This document shows positions 1-12,536 of a stretch of DNA of 64,000 nucleotides, piece by piece (position 1 is the stretch's first letter; every line of letters starts with the position of its first letter). The stretch lies in NCBI GenBank assembly GCA_964188305.1, contig OZ076888.1; one strand, 5' to 3'. Below the pieces are notes generated by a model. That model did no database searches. It saw only the letters and a list, made by a program, of their open reading frames with translations, and was not told where the DNA came from. The stretch comes from Podarcis bocagei. Taxonomy: Eukaryota. A program made the position numbers and the translations under genes.

Positions 1-330
1 TTGAGTCCCTATAAGTGGGTACAGGTGTGCAACCTTAGATGTGACAAGGTAAACCCTTTTTCTTAAAAGAAACTGCAAAGTGTGATTGATATTTGAAAAA
101 TTACTCAGTGAAGATTTCTGTTCAATTAAATGTTGCCTGAGTTAGCTCAGCACAACTTTCGACGGTTGTTTGGTAAACTACTATTTGGTTGCCCGTCAAA
201 AGCTAATCAAAGTAGACCTCTGTACATGTCGAGGAGAGCCATTTGCAGTAGGACTGGGCAGAAACCTGCACACATCCCTATATCTCATTGGGTCACCTTG
301 GGTCAGTCACACTCTCTCTTAGCCTAACCT

Positions 331-622
331 TGTTGTTGTTGTTGTTTAGTCATTTAGTCGTGTCCGACTCTTCGTGACCCCATGGACCAGAGCACGCCAG
401 GCACTCCTGTCTTCCACTGCCTCCCGCAGTTTAGTCAAACTCATGCTGGTAGCTTCAAGAATACTATCCAACCATCTCGTCCTCTGTCGTCCCCTTCTCC
501 TTGTGCCCTCCATCTTTCCCAACATCAGGGTCTTTTCCAGGGAGTCTTCTCTTCTCATGAGGTGGCCAAAGTATTGGAGCCTCAGCTTCATGATCTGTCC
601 TTCCAGTGAGCACTGAGGGCTG
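331..622 (-). mobile_element. Bov-B (RTE clade) LINE 3' fragment with (CAA)n tail, apparently inserted into an older CORE-type SINE remnant
   Basis: ORF 346..591 translates to the Bov-B C-terminus (KLRLQYFGHLMRREDSLEKTLMLGKMEG...RWLD...VHGVTKSRTRLND). (TTG)n at 331-346 is the tail. The left flank gggtcaccttgggtcagtcac...cctaacct resembles the SINE at 19090-19275. Confidence 0.92.
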
Positions 623-833
623 ACCTTACCTCATATTAATTTATCTTACAATTGCTAAGCCATCCTTCATCCAAACAGATTGCAGGTCCAGTAAGAAGAA
701 AATAATTGGTATGGCCAGCAACTACCCTGGGGACAATGCTAAGATTGGTGCCCTGAAACATATTATGGAGGTTTCGGAAAATCCATGGATATGAGATGCT
801 GAAAGGCAAGTGGGGGGTGGGAATCTTCTAGAG

Positions 834-1089
834 CATGGGTAGGCAAACTAAGGCCTGGGGGCCGGACCCAGCCCAATCACCTTCTAAATCTGGCCCGCTT
901 ATGGTCCGGGAATCAGCCTGTTTTTACATGAGTAGAATGTGTGCTTTTATTCAAAATGCATCTCTGGGTTATTTGTGGGGCATAGGAATTTGTTCATTTC
1001 CCCCCTCCCCAAAAAAATATAGTCCGGCCCACCACATGGTCTGTGGGACAGTGCACTGACCCACTGCTGAAAAGGTTTGCTGACCCCTG
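834..1089. mobile_element. Non-autonomous hAT (Charlie-type) MITE
   Basis: Imperfect TIRs catgggtaggcaaact / aggtttgctgacccctg; perfect 8-bp TSD ttctagag at 826-833 and 1090-1097. Confidence 0.88.
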
Positions 1090-1549
1090 TTCTAGAGTAG
1101 TTTGTGAGGTGTCTGTAATCTGATGCTGGGTACATTAGAAATAACCAGTAAAATGTATTTTTCCCTCAAAGCTGCTGCTCCCTTGGTAGGTAACGATGGT
1201 CTGACATACTGAATAAAAGAGGCATTGATTTTTTTCTCCTTCAGGTAGAAAATGTAACAGTGCCTCGTGCTCCTTGTTGTTTTCTCTGCACATAGTAGAT
1301 GGTGGTTTTGTACGCATTGAAAACATGGCCACGTCTTTATCTGAAAGGATTTGCGAGCCTAATTAATGGCAGACAGTCCTTTCTAAATGTGTCTCAATTA
1401 AAACTGTACAGAGATATACAGTTCGGCAGAGAATTACCCCTTACACATGGAACAGACTGCTGCCATCTAAAAAAAAAAAAGACCACAAGGTTTTTTACGG
1501 TTAAACTTTTTTGATGCTGCAACATTTGAGGGATAATATCTCACAGGCT

Positions 1550-1911
1550 GGGACGCGGGTGGCGCTGTGGGTAAAACCTCAGTGCCTAGGACTTGCCGAT
1601 CGTATGGTCGGCAGTTCGAATCCCCGCGGCGGGGTGCACTCCCGTCTTTCGGTCCCAGCTCCTGCCCACCTAGCAGTTTGAAAGCACCCCTAAGTGCAAG
1701 TAGATAAATAGGTACTGCTTTATAGTGGGAAGGTAAACGGCGTTTCCGTGTGCTGCGCTGGTGCCGGCTCGCCAGAGCAGCTTCGTCACGCTGGCCACGT
1801 GACCCGGAAGTGTCTCCGGACAGCGCTGGTCCCCAGCCTCTTAAGTGAGATGGGCGCACAACCCTAGAGTCGGACACGACTGGCCCGTACGGGCAGGGGT
1901 ACCTTTACCTT
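1550..1911 (+). mobile_element. Sauria SINE, full length
   Basis: tRNA-like head gggacgcgggtggcgctgtgg with B-box-like gttcgaatcc; Bov-B-like 3' motif gagtcggacacgact; (ACCTTT)n tail; 13-bp TSD tatctcacaggct at 1537-1549 and 1912-1924. Confidence 0.93.
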
Positions 1912-2526
1912 TATCTCACAGGCTCCTGAAATGTTTTTTTGAAGGTGGTGTATGAGTGCCATGACAAATTGAGGGGGTCTAAGGCAGCCACCCCAAAAGT
2001 CCTTGGGGTGCTAGATATGGCCTGCAGGACAAAGGTTAGCCTGGTTTAATGGGTACATGTGAATCATTATTAGTTGCTTTATTTAAGTGAGGAAGTAATT
2101 GTTTGCAAAAGTATGTCCTTATTAGTATCTTCATATTTAGGAGACAGGAATAAGCGGAGGAAAGAGTAGCTTAGCACCAAAAAAAATCTGGAAATCCTGG
2201 CTGGAAAACAAAGCTTGTAAACAGAAATATCCTCTGTTCTATTCTGAATTTTGGATTTTTCCGTGATAGCACTTTAAATACACAGACACATACACACATT
2301 GTGCATAGTCATTTACTTGTGGGATCCAAGACAATCACTAGTGAAATGCAAATTTCCCCTTAACTAGTTGTGCTATTGTAATTCTGTGTCATGTCAAATA
2401 TGGTCATTGTTGCATGAAAGTCACACAGGCCTGCTAAAAGTGTCATGTATGACATGGGGGAAATCATGTGAATTGGGTGTCTGTGCAGTCAGACATCTGC
2501 ATGGAGCATCATCAGCATACATGATG

Positions 2527-2527
<1 letters not shown>

Positions 2528-2565
<38 letters not shown>
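2528..2565. repeat. (CA)n microsatellite
   Basis: Direct reading. Confidence 0.97.
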
Positions 2566-2568
<3 letters not shown>

Positions 2569-4427
2569 GTTGCACACCACCCCAATCTCTGAGCGGTGTG
2601 AGATTGCAGTGTCCGTGTTTCCTTTAGGAAATGAGGCACAGCAGAGACTGTGGTGCCTTTATGATATATGGTTTATTTACACCTATATACAACCTGAACC
2701 TATATTTGCAGCATTAACACTGCTGGAGGGTCTTGCTTCTCCCATAGGCAATGTCTTGGATCCCAACAGTGATCAACCATCGTGCTCTGACTCTCTCTCC
2801 AGCTTGCTGCCTTTACCAGCCTGCAACCTTTCTTCCCCTAGGTCACATCAATTCACACTCTGCCTTTGTCTTCTGACTGACACTGAGTTGCTGGAGGGAC
2901 ACCCCACCCATTTGCCACCTGGCTCAAAGCCTTTGCTTTGCATTCTTAGTGGCTCATCACCTTTCCTTTGTTTTTTTAATGGTTCATCTCCCAGGCAATT
3001 ATCTCATCAGGAAACTGGCCTAGATCATATTTTAACAATTGCTGAATCCAGGGGTTCAAGAATTTAGGGGAGACTGGCATACATAAACTCATAGCGCTCT
3101 ATCTCTCTCTCTGAGCTCACTGCTCTATTACAAGAATTATACCAGTGACCTGATAAGTGTCTGAACCAAGCCATAGTGCCTATGACATTATAAGTGATGA
3201 GCAAAGCAATTGTTATTGCTGTTACGGGAAGTCTATAGTTCAGTGTTAGAATACATGCTCTGTGTGCATTAGATCCCAGGTTCAATCCCTTGCAGTAGCA
3301 GACAGTGTAGTGGGTCACCAGACTTCTGGTCAGCAACGTTGCTGCCGCTTACTGAGAGGTAGAGAGGGAAGGCTGAGTCTGCAAGGAAGTTGGCGTAGTG
3401 CAAATGCACCAGTGAGAGGGCTGGATTGGCTCTGCCAGTGTATTAGCACCACACCAACCCTGCTATCTCTTCATCCATTCCTCCCTACCTCCTGGTAAGC
3501 AGCAGCAATGGGACCAACTGGCGATCAAGTGAGTGGTGTCATCCCCATCCCAGGCTGTCCACTACTGATCCATAGCATCTTCAGGCAGTGGCAAGAAAGA
3601 TAAATGTTCAAAACCCTAGAAAGCCACTGCTTGTTGAAGTGCAGGCAAGACTGAGCTAAACGGACCAATGGATTCAGTAAAATGCAACTTCCTATTATTG
3701 TAGTAGACCTTTAAAAGCAAAATGCATTCCCACTACATGAGTGTAACTCTACAAAATAACAAAAACTCAGAAGTACTACCCTTCTCCTTGTACGGCACGA
3801 AACTACCACTATTTTATAGAGCTTTGGCTTTTTAAAAGAAAATGTATTAAATTCATTTAAAGTTATGTGTTCTCCTGTTCTAGCACTAAAGTATACATCT
3901 GCTTTCATTTTTTTAATATAAAAAGGAGCAGCCAGTATTTCAACAATTCTCGTTGCAGACTGACTAAACTCCGATACCCATCTGTTACATCTGAACAACA
4001 TGGTATTGTGCCAGAAGTTTGAATCAAAGTTGTGAAACTACAGCTGGGGCACACTATAATTATCAGGAAATAACCTGTCCTTCCTTTTGTGCTCAGATTA
4101 CATTCATTGTTTCAGTTTTTAGACACACACAATTTTCAGGTTACTTGTTGCAAGAAAGTCCTATGGAAAATGTTACTTTGCAAGTAGCTCTGCCATTGTC
4201 TGATGATTCCAAAAGGTGACATTTTCAATAAAATTATGAGTTGCTCATTTCAAGAACTGACAATCTCCAAGATGAAGGTAATTGTTATGAAAAATACATT
4301 TTTATACTGTAGAAATGGGGGGGGGGACAGCAATTCTTTGCAAACTTCATGAGATGTATTTAGAATCTATAATATGAAAGAACTGCAATCTCATTATGCC
4401 ACATCTAAGTATTTTAGCACTAGGTAC

Positions 4428-4613
4428 GGTAAAAGGTAAAGGGCCCCTGGATGGTTAAGTCCAATCAAAGGTGACTATGAGGCACGGCACTCATCTCAAT
4501 TTTCAGGCTGAGGGAGCCGGCGTTTGTCCACAGACAGCTTTCCAGGTCATGTGGCCAGGATGACTAAATCGCCACTGATGCAAGTGACGAGTGCCAGAGA
4601 GCACGGAAACGCC
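4428..4613 (-). mobile_element. Sauria SINE 3' half, diverged
   Basis: Begins ggtaaaaggtaaagg (reverse of the ACCTTT tail); contains gtcatgtggccaggatgactaa and gcacggaaacgcc, the reverse complements of motifs in the other copies. Confidence 0.8.
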
Positions 4614-5762
4614 TTTAGCACCTCATATATTACATAAGTGATGCAAAACCATATTTGACAGCTATGGTTGGATTGCTATTCTCTTCATTATGACAGATAC
4701 ACTGGCCCCAGTCTGCATGTAATGAGAAACCATGGTTTATTGTTAAGAGAATAAGATTCAGGCTTTGGTGCTCACCCTTCCCCTATATCCTCCACAATGC
4801 CCATGAGTTCATTCCTAACCTTGCAGTCACCCTAACCCACCTCAGCTCATCCACTAACTGCAAAGATGTCAGTGTTGGGAAGGTGGCTCCACAGCTCCAA
4901 CACACCACCACACTGGCAACTACTGGAAGATGGGAAACGTCTTGTTCCACAGTGAGACACAGCTTAGTGTTGGGTCAGAGCAGTAAATGGTGGGTTAATC
5001 TTCACCATGGTTAAGAAATGCCTGTGGTGATGAAGTGATTTCCTTAACACGACATAGAATTCCTCCCAATGTTTTTTTTTTAATCATTCAAATCATTTCT
5101 GCATCACTTAAAATATAAAAAATGCCTCAAAGCAACAATGGAAGCATCAAATGGAAACAGCACAGCAAATGTTACAAAGCCCCACTGAATTCAAGAGGAC
5201 TTACTTCTGAGTAGACATGGCCAGCAAGCACACATGAAAACAGGAATGTGAGCCTAATTTTTTCTTTTTGTTGGCCAATCTGGAAAACATAAAGAAACAC
5301 CACATGCTCAGATATGTGATATTAATAACATCCACTAATCACCAAAGCTATTATTCATTTTTCTTCCTTCCTTGGTATTTTTGGGATTTTCCTTTGTCCT
5401 GCTATTTCAACATTTACAATTAATCAACATTATTCCTACAGTAGTAAAACTAATTGTTCTGGAAATGACTCACTGGGAAATTCTAAGGGCAAGTGATTTT
5501 AGAAATGCCATAGAAGGCATCTTTTTATGTTTACTGATGATGGCTGGACCATGTTGTCAAATCTGTGCAAAATGCAAAACTTTGGCTGCTTAACTTTCTC
5601 TCAGGTGTTCACCCACACTAAAACCTACTGTACACTAGAGCACACTGTACCTGCCTAGACTATCACTTTGCAAAATCAGAACTACAAGTGATGGGGAAGC
5701 GGTCCATGATCTGGAATTAGTAAAATGCCCAAATGAGGGAGAAATGAATCTCAACAGAGATA

Positions 5763-5969
5763 CAGTGGTACCTCGGATTAATTCGTTCTGGAGGTCCGTT
5801 CTTAACCTGAAACTGTTCTTAACCTGAGGTACCACTTTAGCTAATGGGGTCTTCCGCTGCCGCCGTGCAATTTCTGTTCTCATCCTGAAGTAAAGATCTT
5901 AACCCGAGGTGCTATTTCTGGGTTAGCGGAGTCTGTAACCTGAAGCGTATGTAACCCGAGGTACCACTG
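5763..5969. mobile_element. Tc1/mariner-pogo (Tigger-like) MITE, family A copy 1
   Basis: TIR cagtggtacctcgg / ccgaggtaccactg with TA on both sides; internal aacctga repeats; homologous to copies at 37641, 47880, 60962 and 61739. Confidence 0.9.
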
Positions 5970-7099
5970 TATATGAAAGAATAAAGGAATTCCTGTGGGA
6001 CCAAGACCCAAGATTCAACAGGCCTAGAAAACTGCATTGCACATTTGTGGGGGCAAGACCCATCATAATAGGTAGGCCATCAATATGGTGTTTGCAGGTA
6101 TGCATCATGTACCCCCAAAGAATTTCCCTACCACCCACAAGGTCTCATTGTCCCATGCCTCTCACTTTGCTGAAATTAGGCTTTCTGTTGTAGCAAATAA
6201 AATCTTTTTCCCCCAACCTTAATAGTGGTTTGTGGGGGGTGGGGAATACAAGTGGGAAAGGGAGAGTTAACCACTGTATGGTTGCAGGGCATTTCTGGTT
6301 GTGTGGCTATGATGTATCACACATTCGTAACTGTGTTCACACATACACACACACCAAGTTGGCAACCGTGCCTTAATATTTTGCAATGAACACCAAAATG
6401 CTGAAAGACCAGGCCATATCATTGTTCAACATGATGTTTGTCCTTCTAAATTTAAATCTGCAGAGGCCACTGCAATTGCAGGCTTGCCATTGTTAATGTC
6501 AGCACATCCATCAGATCACAGAAAAGTAATGTGGGACGTCAGTTCCTCAAGTGACCACATTGCTTATGCTGTCTATTCTTTCCCAGCATCACTGTAGGCA
6601 GTTTTGTGTGTGTAAGGAAGGCGGTTGCTTTTCCTAGAAAATTCCATACTGGCCAACCAACAACTCTTTTATAATTCAGCCTCCAGCCAAATCACTGTGT
6701 TGTGGAAGGTATGAGTTAAGAGTCTAATCTCTGCTTTCAGGATGACTGAAAATCAATGTGACTGACAGTTTTGTATCCTTTTTTCACAGGTGATTATGTG
6801 TCTCTCCTCAACGAAGTTTGCAGAACTGGAAAAGCACGCTACAGCCTGACAGTTCCTCTTTTCTTCTGTCTTTATTTTTTGAGTCACTGGTACTTCCTGA
6901 GCTAAAATACACACCAAATAACTGTGACCTAGATTCTTTTTCTCACCAAGGCTGGCATAACCCGTTAGGTCACCTGGGGAAGTGGAAGCACTGATATTAG
7001 CAAAAGGAAATAAGAAATTAAACCCACTTCTCTCTGAAGGTTAAAATTCAGGAGCGACATTTCAAAATGAAGCACTGAAAGTTCAAAACACCAAATTTA

Positions 7100-7359
7100 C
7101 CATATTTTTCGCTCTATAAGACGCACCAGACCACAAGACGCACCTAGTTTTTGGAGGAGGAAAACAAGAAAAAATAATAATCTGAATCTCAGAAGCCATA
7201 ACAGCAAGAGGGATCGCTGCGCAGTGAAAGCAGCAATCCCTCTTGCTGTTATGGCTTCTGTGATAGCTGTGCAGCTTGCATTCACTCCATAAGATGCACA
7301 CACATTTCCCCTTACTTTTTAGGAGGGAAAAAGTGAGTCTTATAGAGCAAAAAATACGG
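7100..7359. mobile_element. Tc1/mariner-type (Tc2/pogo-like) MITE with internal hairpin
   Basis: TIR ccatatttttcgctctataagac / gtcttatagagcaaaaaatacgg; TA TSD at 7098-7099 and 7360-7361. Confidence 0.88.
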
Positions 7360-7432
7360 TATAGAGAGAGAAGCATGTCATAGAGCAGCAACAGCCAATG
7401 TGATGCCCTCCAGCTGTTTAAGACTACCACTC

Positions 7433-7796
7433 TCGTCGAGATAAGGACAATAGAGATTTTAAGAAAGACTGGGAACCATTTATGTTATATTTACAGAAAC
7501 AATGTAAAGATCTGGACTCACTAGCAGGTTTTGACTAAACACTTGCAATCAACAAAATTAAATACAGGAATCATAAGGAAAATGTGATATAAGAAGAGCA
7601 TAATGATAATTAAGTTGAAGATTGTTAAATTAAGATATGTTAAAGTAAGCAGGAGAAGTTAAGATACAGAAGAGGAAGTTGAGGGAAGTTGCGGGGGCGG
7701 GGATTCAGGAATTGGGTTTTTATGTTTTGTGTGATTTGATATGTTATTTGAATGTTTAAAATGAAAAATTTAATAAAAAATTATTTTTTAAAAAAA
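7433..7796 (+). mobile_element. 5'-truncated L1 fragment inserted in a palindromic MER5-like hAT MITE (about 7386-7890)
   Basis: Encodes RDKDNRDFKKDWEPFMLYLQKQCK..., like the L1 ORF2 C-terminus. G-rich 3'UTR, AATAAA and poly(A); 13-bp TSD aagactaccactc at 7420-7432 and 7797-7809. The flanks join into a ccctccagctg...actaccactcccatcagc...gatgggagttgtagg...ggagggc palindrome. Confidence 0.82.
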
Positions 7797-9147
7797 AAGA
7801 CTACCACTCCCATCAGCCCTGGCTACCATGGTCAATGGTCAGAGTTGATGGGAGTTGTAGGCCAGCAATATATGGAGGGCACCACATTGGAGAGAGCTCA
7901 CTGCCAGTTTGGAACTGCTAATGATTAAAAAAAAAAAATCTCATGTTTAAATTTTAAATTAATTATTTTAAATTAAACTAATTATAATTTGATTTTCCAA
8001 GCCCTGCAGCTTTGCTGTACTCTGCATCCTGTAATTCAGTAGTGGGGAACCTTTAGGGCCAGATGCAGAAGTGGGTGACTTTTACCATGCAAAAGCCCCC
8101 ACACCACCATCATCCTGGTTCTAGGCAAGAAAAAGGCACAATCATAGCTCAAAGAGACATTTCAGCCAGCCAAAGCAGTCGAGGAGAGTGTGGTCTGTGG
8201 GAGGGGCTGTGGTCTGGGGAGAGTCTTGAAGGCCAAAGAGAGAGCATGGAGGGCCGCGTTTAATTCCCAGGCTTGAGTCCCACCCCCCACTCCATCCAGC
8301 TGTAATTACAGTTTTTAGCTCCTATCCTATATATTATTAAGTCATCATAAATTACTGGACTTTGATCCCTGGACTCACAAGGACACTCCATTTTCTGCAT
8401 TTCAAACACATGTGTGGTTTCTACGTTTTGATGCTTGCTTTCAGCATACCTGAGAGGACTAAGTTTGCTGCTGATTTGCCAGAATATCCTCTGGTTGTGC
8501 TGACTTGATATTTGCTCTCGCTGAGCTCATTAAGCTAACAAGGATTATTTAAGGAATACAAATTATCTGCATTTGTAGAGAGAGGGTGAATAGGCTTACC
8601 TAACTGGTGCATCTGACACCGGGTGCCTCCAGACTGTCACAATTTTGCAGGAGAGAGCCTAGAGTATGAGTTTGTACAGTTAAAGTGGATCAAAGGGCTC
8701 TTCCGTCCTAGTGCAACAAATCCACATTAAAAAAAGAATCAGCCTTTTTGTGATTTGAAAAATGATGGGCACTAAAACTTCCCCACAAGCAAATCAGAAT
8801 GAATGGTCGCTAAAGACCAGATATAATATAAACGCCACATAAGCTTTGTGCAAGCAAATCAGGATGAATGCTGAGTAAACAGGTCTTCTGGGTGGTCTCA
8901 TGGCCTCTTTAAAGAGACCTGCTGTTTACCAGAAGCCACCAAATCACTGCACCTCCAACTCACCTCCAAGAGAACCGGTCCAGCAAGTTACTGTGGTTGA
9001 TAGCATCAAAAGCTGCTGAAAATCAAGGAAGAGCAACAGGGCTTCTGTTGCACCTTTTCAAATAAAGGTCATTAAGGACATTTTAGTTTGACATTTTAGT
9101 CAAACTAGGTTGGGACCCAAATTGAAATTGGTTTAGATAATCATTTC

Positions 9148-9285
9148 CAGTGCTTTTTTTCTAAACAAATGTTTAGGGGTACTCTCATTTTCCTACTCAT
9201 ATTGAAATACTGCCCCTCAATGAGGCCAAACTTAGATTCACAAATAGTTTAGGGGTATGCGTACCCCCAGAAAAAAAAATCACTG
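9148..9285. mobile_element. hAT-type MITE, family B (cagtgcttttttt TIR)
   Basis: TIR cagtgcttttttt / aaaaaaaatcactg; degenerate 8-bp TSD atcatttc / atcactcc; homologous to 42418-42590 and 57535-57699. Confidence 0.8.
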
Positions 9286-10000
9286 ATCACTCCCATCCAA
9301 AAGCATCTGAAGTTAGACAGCAGCCAACCACCCTCTTGAAGCAAAGCTAGCAACCGTACAGTAGTTATCCCAGATGTCTGGGTCCAAGGTGGCTTTGGTA
9401 AGCAGCAAGTGCACCACAGTCTCTTTAATGCCCAGGGGCATCCCTCCTTTCTATAAATATATATATGGTCACACCCAATAATTTCCCCTCATCTAGGCCA
9501 TATAAATCAACAAGAACCAAGAGGGTGTGGCTGGCCTCAAACGTCTTATCCATGTCCTCAGGCTGCAATAGCTGAAAAAGATCCCACAACTTCTAATGCG
9601 ATGGTACTTTGGACGCCACTGCAGATGTGCTAGCCAGTGAATCAAATGCTGATTCAGTGGTTGGTCATGTACTTCCCCTGCATCCTTCAGTTCAAGAGCC
9701 CAATTATTTTCTCATTCAATTGAATGTTGGTTGGCCAGCTTGGTTTTCTTTTTTAAAAAAAAGCACATGAGACAATACATCTTTAGAAACTTTAAGTTGC
9801 TCCAGGGAGGAATGGTGAGTTCATCACCCAGAGGCACAGACTAGTCATTGCATACACGGCTGACTTTTGCTGGAAACAGGTAGAACTAGTTATCTTAAGC
9901 TTGAACCTGAAGAGGAGGTTGTTTGTGTGAACAAAATGGAGGAGTGTGCATCCAGAGGAACACTTCTGCTCAGTTTATATGCATTCTTATGCAGCCTAGT

Positions 10001-10702
10001 TGTCAGGGACTGGCTGTATATTGATGAGTGGGCAGCGGGGGAAGGGGAACTGAACACTGACTTGGAAGAAGGGATCGGTGAACTGTGGGAGCCTGTAACA
10101 GACGGGACTTCATCAAAGGTCAGACAAAGGAGAAGCCACAGGACTGGAGGGAGCGATTGGTCAGGTCCTGCTCCTTTGTCTCCCAAGACCAGAAGAGGAT
10201 TGAAGCAGGAGGAGCAGAAACAGGTTACACACAGGCGGACTCTTTGCCTGCTTGCACACAGCTCGGATTGGGGAGATACATAAGCCAAAGTCAGGAGCGG
10301 GGCCTCTCTGTTGCGCCAACTGCCTCATTAGTGCACACCTAGGAGTAACTGAAGAGATGATACTGGAAGGAAGAACAGCAAAAAGGCCTGAGCCTTAGTC
10401 AGCCTCTTTTCTTTTGGCCTTAGGCCCACCCCCAGCCGGCCGGCCATTGTCCTCCCTGGCCGAGAGCGGGTCAAAGGCTGGCTCAAGCAGGTGGGTGGCA
10501 CCCACCCAGGTGAGCCCTGCTCGGTGCCGCAATCCTCGCCCACCTGTGGGGAAGGGAGGGTGGATATTGGTGCACACCTAGGAGTAGCTGAGAGATGTAG
10601 GACTGGTGGACATGGATTCTCCTAACTTGTAAGTGTACTTTTGACAATAAAGAATTGATTCCTCTCTCTGGGCATTCCGTACTTGGCAGTACCACAGTGA
10701 CA
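10001..10702 (+). mobile_element. Solo-LTR-like element (Gypsy/BEL/ERV-L class not resolved)
   Basis: Termini tgtca...tgaca; perfect 5-bp TSD ctagt at 9996-10000 and 10703-10707; AATAAA about 55 bp before the 3' end; homologous sequence at about 62330-63555. Confidence 0.8.
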
Positions 10703-10764
10703 CTAGTTTTTCCATCAGTGATACGATAATCATTATGTATCCTCAGATCTACTAAAAGTTTGTA

Positions 10765-10979
10765 CAGTGGTACTTTGGTCTGCATACATTTTGGATTACA
10801 AACACGTCAAACCCAGAAGGGCGTGTCCCAGTTTGCAACCTTTCTTTGGATTACAACCCATTTTTTTGGATTACGAACAATTTCCCCCCCGCCCCATTGG
10901 CGAAAGCATGCTGTGGGTTACAACCTGCTTTGGTTTACAAACGGACCTCCGGAATGGATTGTAAACCAAGGTACCACTG
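10765..10979. mobile_element. Tc1/mariner-pogo MITE (TIR related to family A, different interior)
   Basis: cagtggtactttgg / ccaaggtaccactg with TA TSD. Confidence 0.85.
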
Positions 10980-12536
10980 TAATTGGTTAGCACTATGCAT
11001 AAGAGGTTGGTAGATGTTGTTTCTATATTAGCAGAACCCATAAGGCTTTGGATTCTGCTTTCCATAAAACTCACACCCTTTTTGAAAAACTTGTGCACCC
11101 ATCTTTCACAACACATTCAAAAAGCATAGCAAGAGTCATTCTGAAATACTTTTCTTACTGTCAGATTTTAGACTCACTGAGGCTAAGACTATGCACTGTT
11201 CCATCTTGAGCATGCTGCTGACCTCCAGAATGTCATGTATTCAATTTGAGCCAAGGTCCCTATTGCAACCACCCTGCTTAGGAAGCACTTTCCAGCTCTG
11301 GCTTTCTGGGAATGCTCCCAGTGTGGCCCTGGGGGGGGGGAGAGAAATTTGGGTATCTCATCTGCCACAACTTCTTAAAAACAGGGATTAATAGCTTGCT
11401 ACAAATCCTACCCTAGCGGCAGTATTAAATTTGGAACTGAAGAGCTTCTAAGCTTCACATTATTATCACACTCTGCCACTCAGTCTTTAGCATTAAAGAC
11501 TCTGATAAAAGTTAATCGCTTATAGCGTAACATATCCACCCGAAAGCAATATGATATCCTGATGAATCATCAGCATGCTTTGGTCACAGTGACCTGAAGA
11601 GGAACTGTCTCTTGAGGTTAATGGGTCCCCATGATCCAATCAATGCTTAGCCCCAACTTCCAGCCCTAATTCCGAATGGTATTCTATGTGAAATGGAAGC
11701 CTTCTCTGAGATAAGGCCCTTTAAAACATTTTAAAGGCTATATAATTTACTGGAAGTACTTAGTGGATAGAAGGCCTCATTATTATACTTCTACAGGTAA
11801 AGTGAAGATGGGGAGTGGGAAGTATGATGATGCAGAGAGACATCACTCTCAAACAACCCTCTAGGCACAACATAGCACCTTATGGCAAAAAATACAATTT
11901 TTTTCCTATTAGCTGCTCTTCAGTAAGAAACTATGTGGTTGTGTAAACAGGCAAAACCTCCCCAAATTCAGACATACAGGAAAGATTATTAGATCATGTG
12001 ATTTTTCTAAGCTCTGCATAAATTTCCTTAGAGCCAAATGCAATTTGGTGGACACTGGACTAAGGAAAGCTTTGTTCAGATTTTAGTTCAAATGGTGGAC
12101 CCGCTAAAAAAGGAAAGAGGAGGCAAAGCGCAAATTATCCAGGCTTGTACAAACTTATCAAGCACAATTACTGGTGTGCGTTTAGAAATTGCCAAGAGAA
12201 AACTGGAAGACTCATCCATGTGATTGCTGCCCTTTAGGCAGTAACAACCAGCATGGCACGACTGCAGAGCCAGGGTCACTACAGCTTACCTGCATGATCC
12301 TGGGGGTGGGACAGGGTGGCAGGGGTTTGGGGTTGCACAGACACATCCGCAGGAACACCAGATTGGCTCAGTGCGTCGCTGACCTCATCAATACCTTGCC
12401 ACACCTCTTCACCATCCAGGTAAACTGCAGCAGTGTCAGGAGGTTGGCTTCACGCCATGACATCAGGCTGCCATTAGCTCATTTTAATTGCCTTTGTTTA
12501 AAGTTGTGTCTCTGGCCTCCTGGTTTGTATTTGTAT

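Noticed and set aside
1550-1630. tRNA-like A/B boxes
   Set aside because: These are Sauria SINE heads, not tRNA genes.
5763-5969. Short spaced repeats that superficially resemble a CRISPR array
   Set aside because: Eukaryotic MITE internal repeats; no unique spacers of constant length and no cas genes.
8786-8870. 20-bp direct repeat caagcaaatcag(a/g)atgaatg, 65 bp apart
   Set aside because: No element between the copies; most likely an old local duplication.
9980-10000. tgcattct(t)atgca upstream of both LTR-like copies, suggesting a target preference
   Set aside because: Only two cases, different spacing, and the 5' end of the second copy is uncertain.
9867-10785. ORFs of 100-138 aa
   Set aside because: They fall in the LTR-like repeat and show no gag, pol or env motifs.
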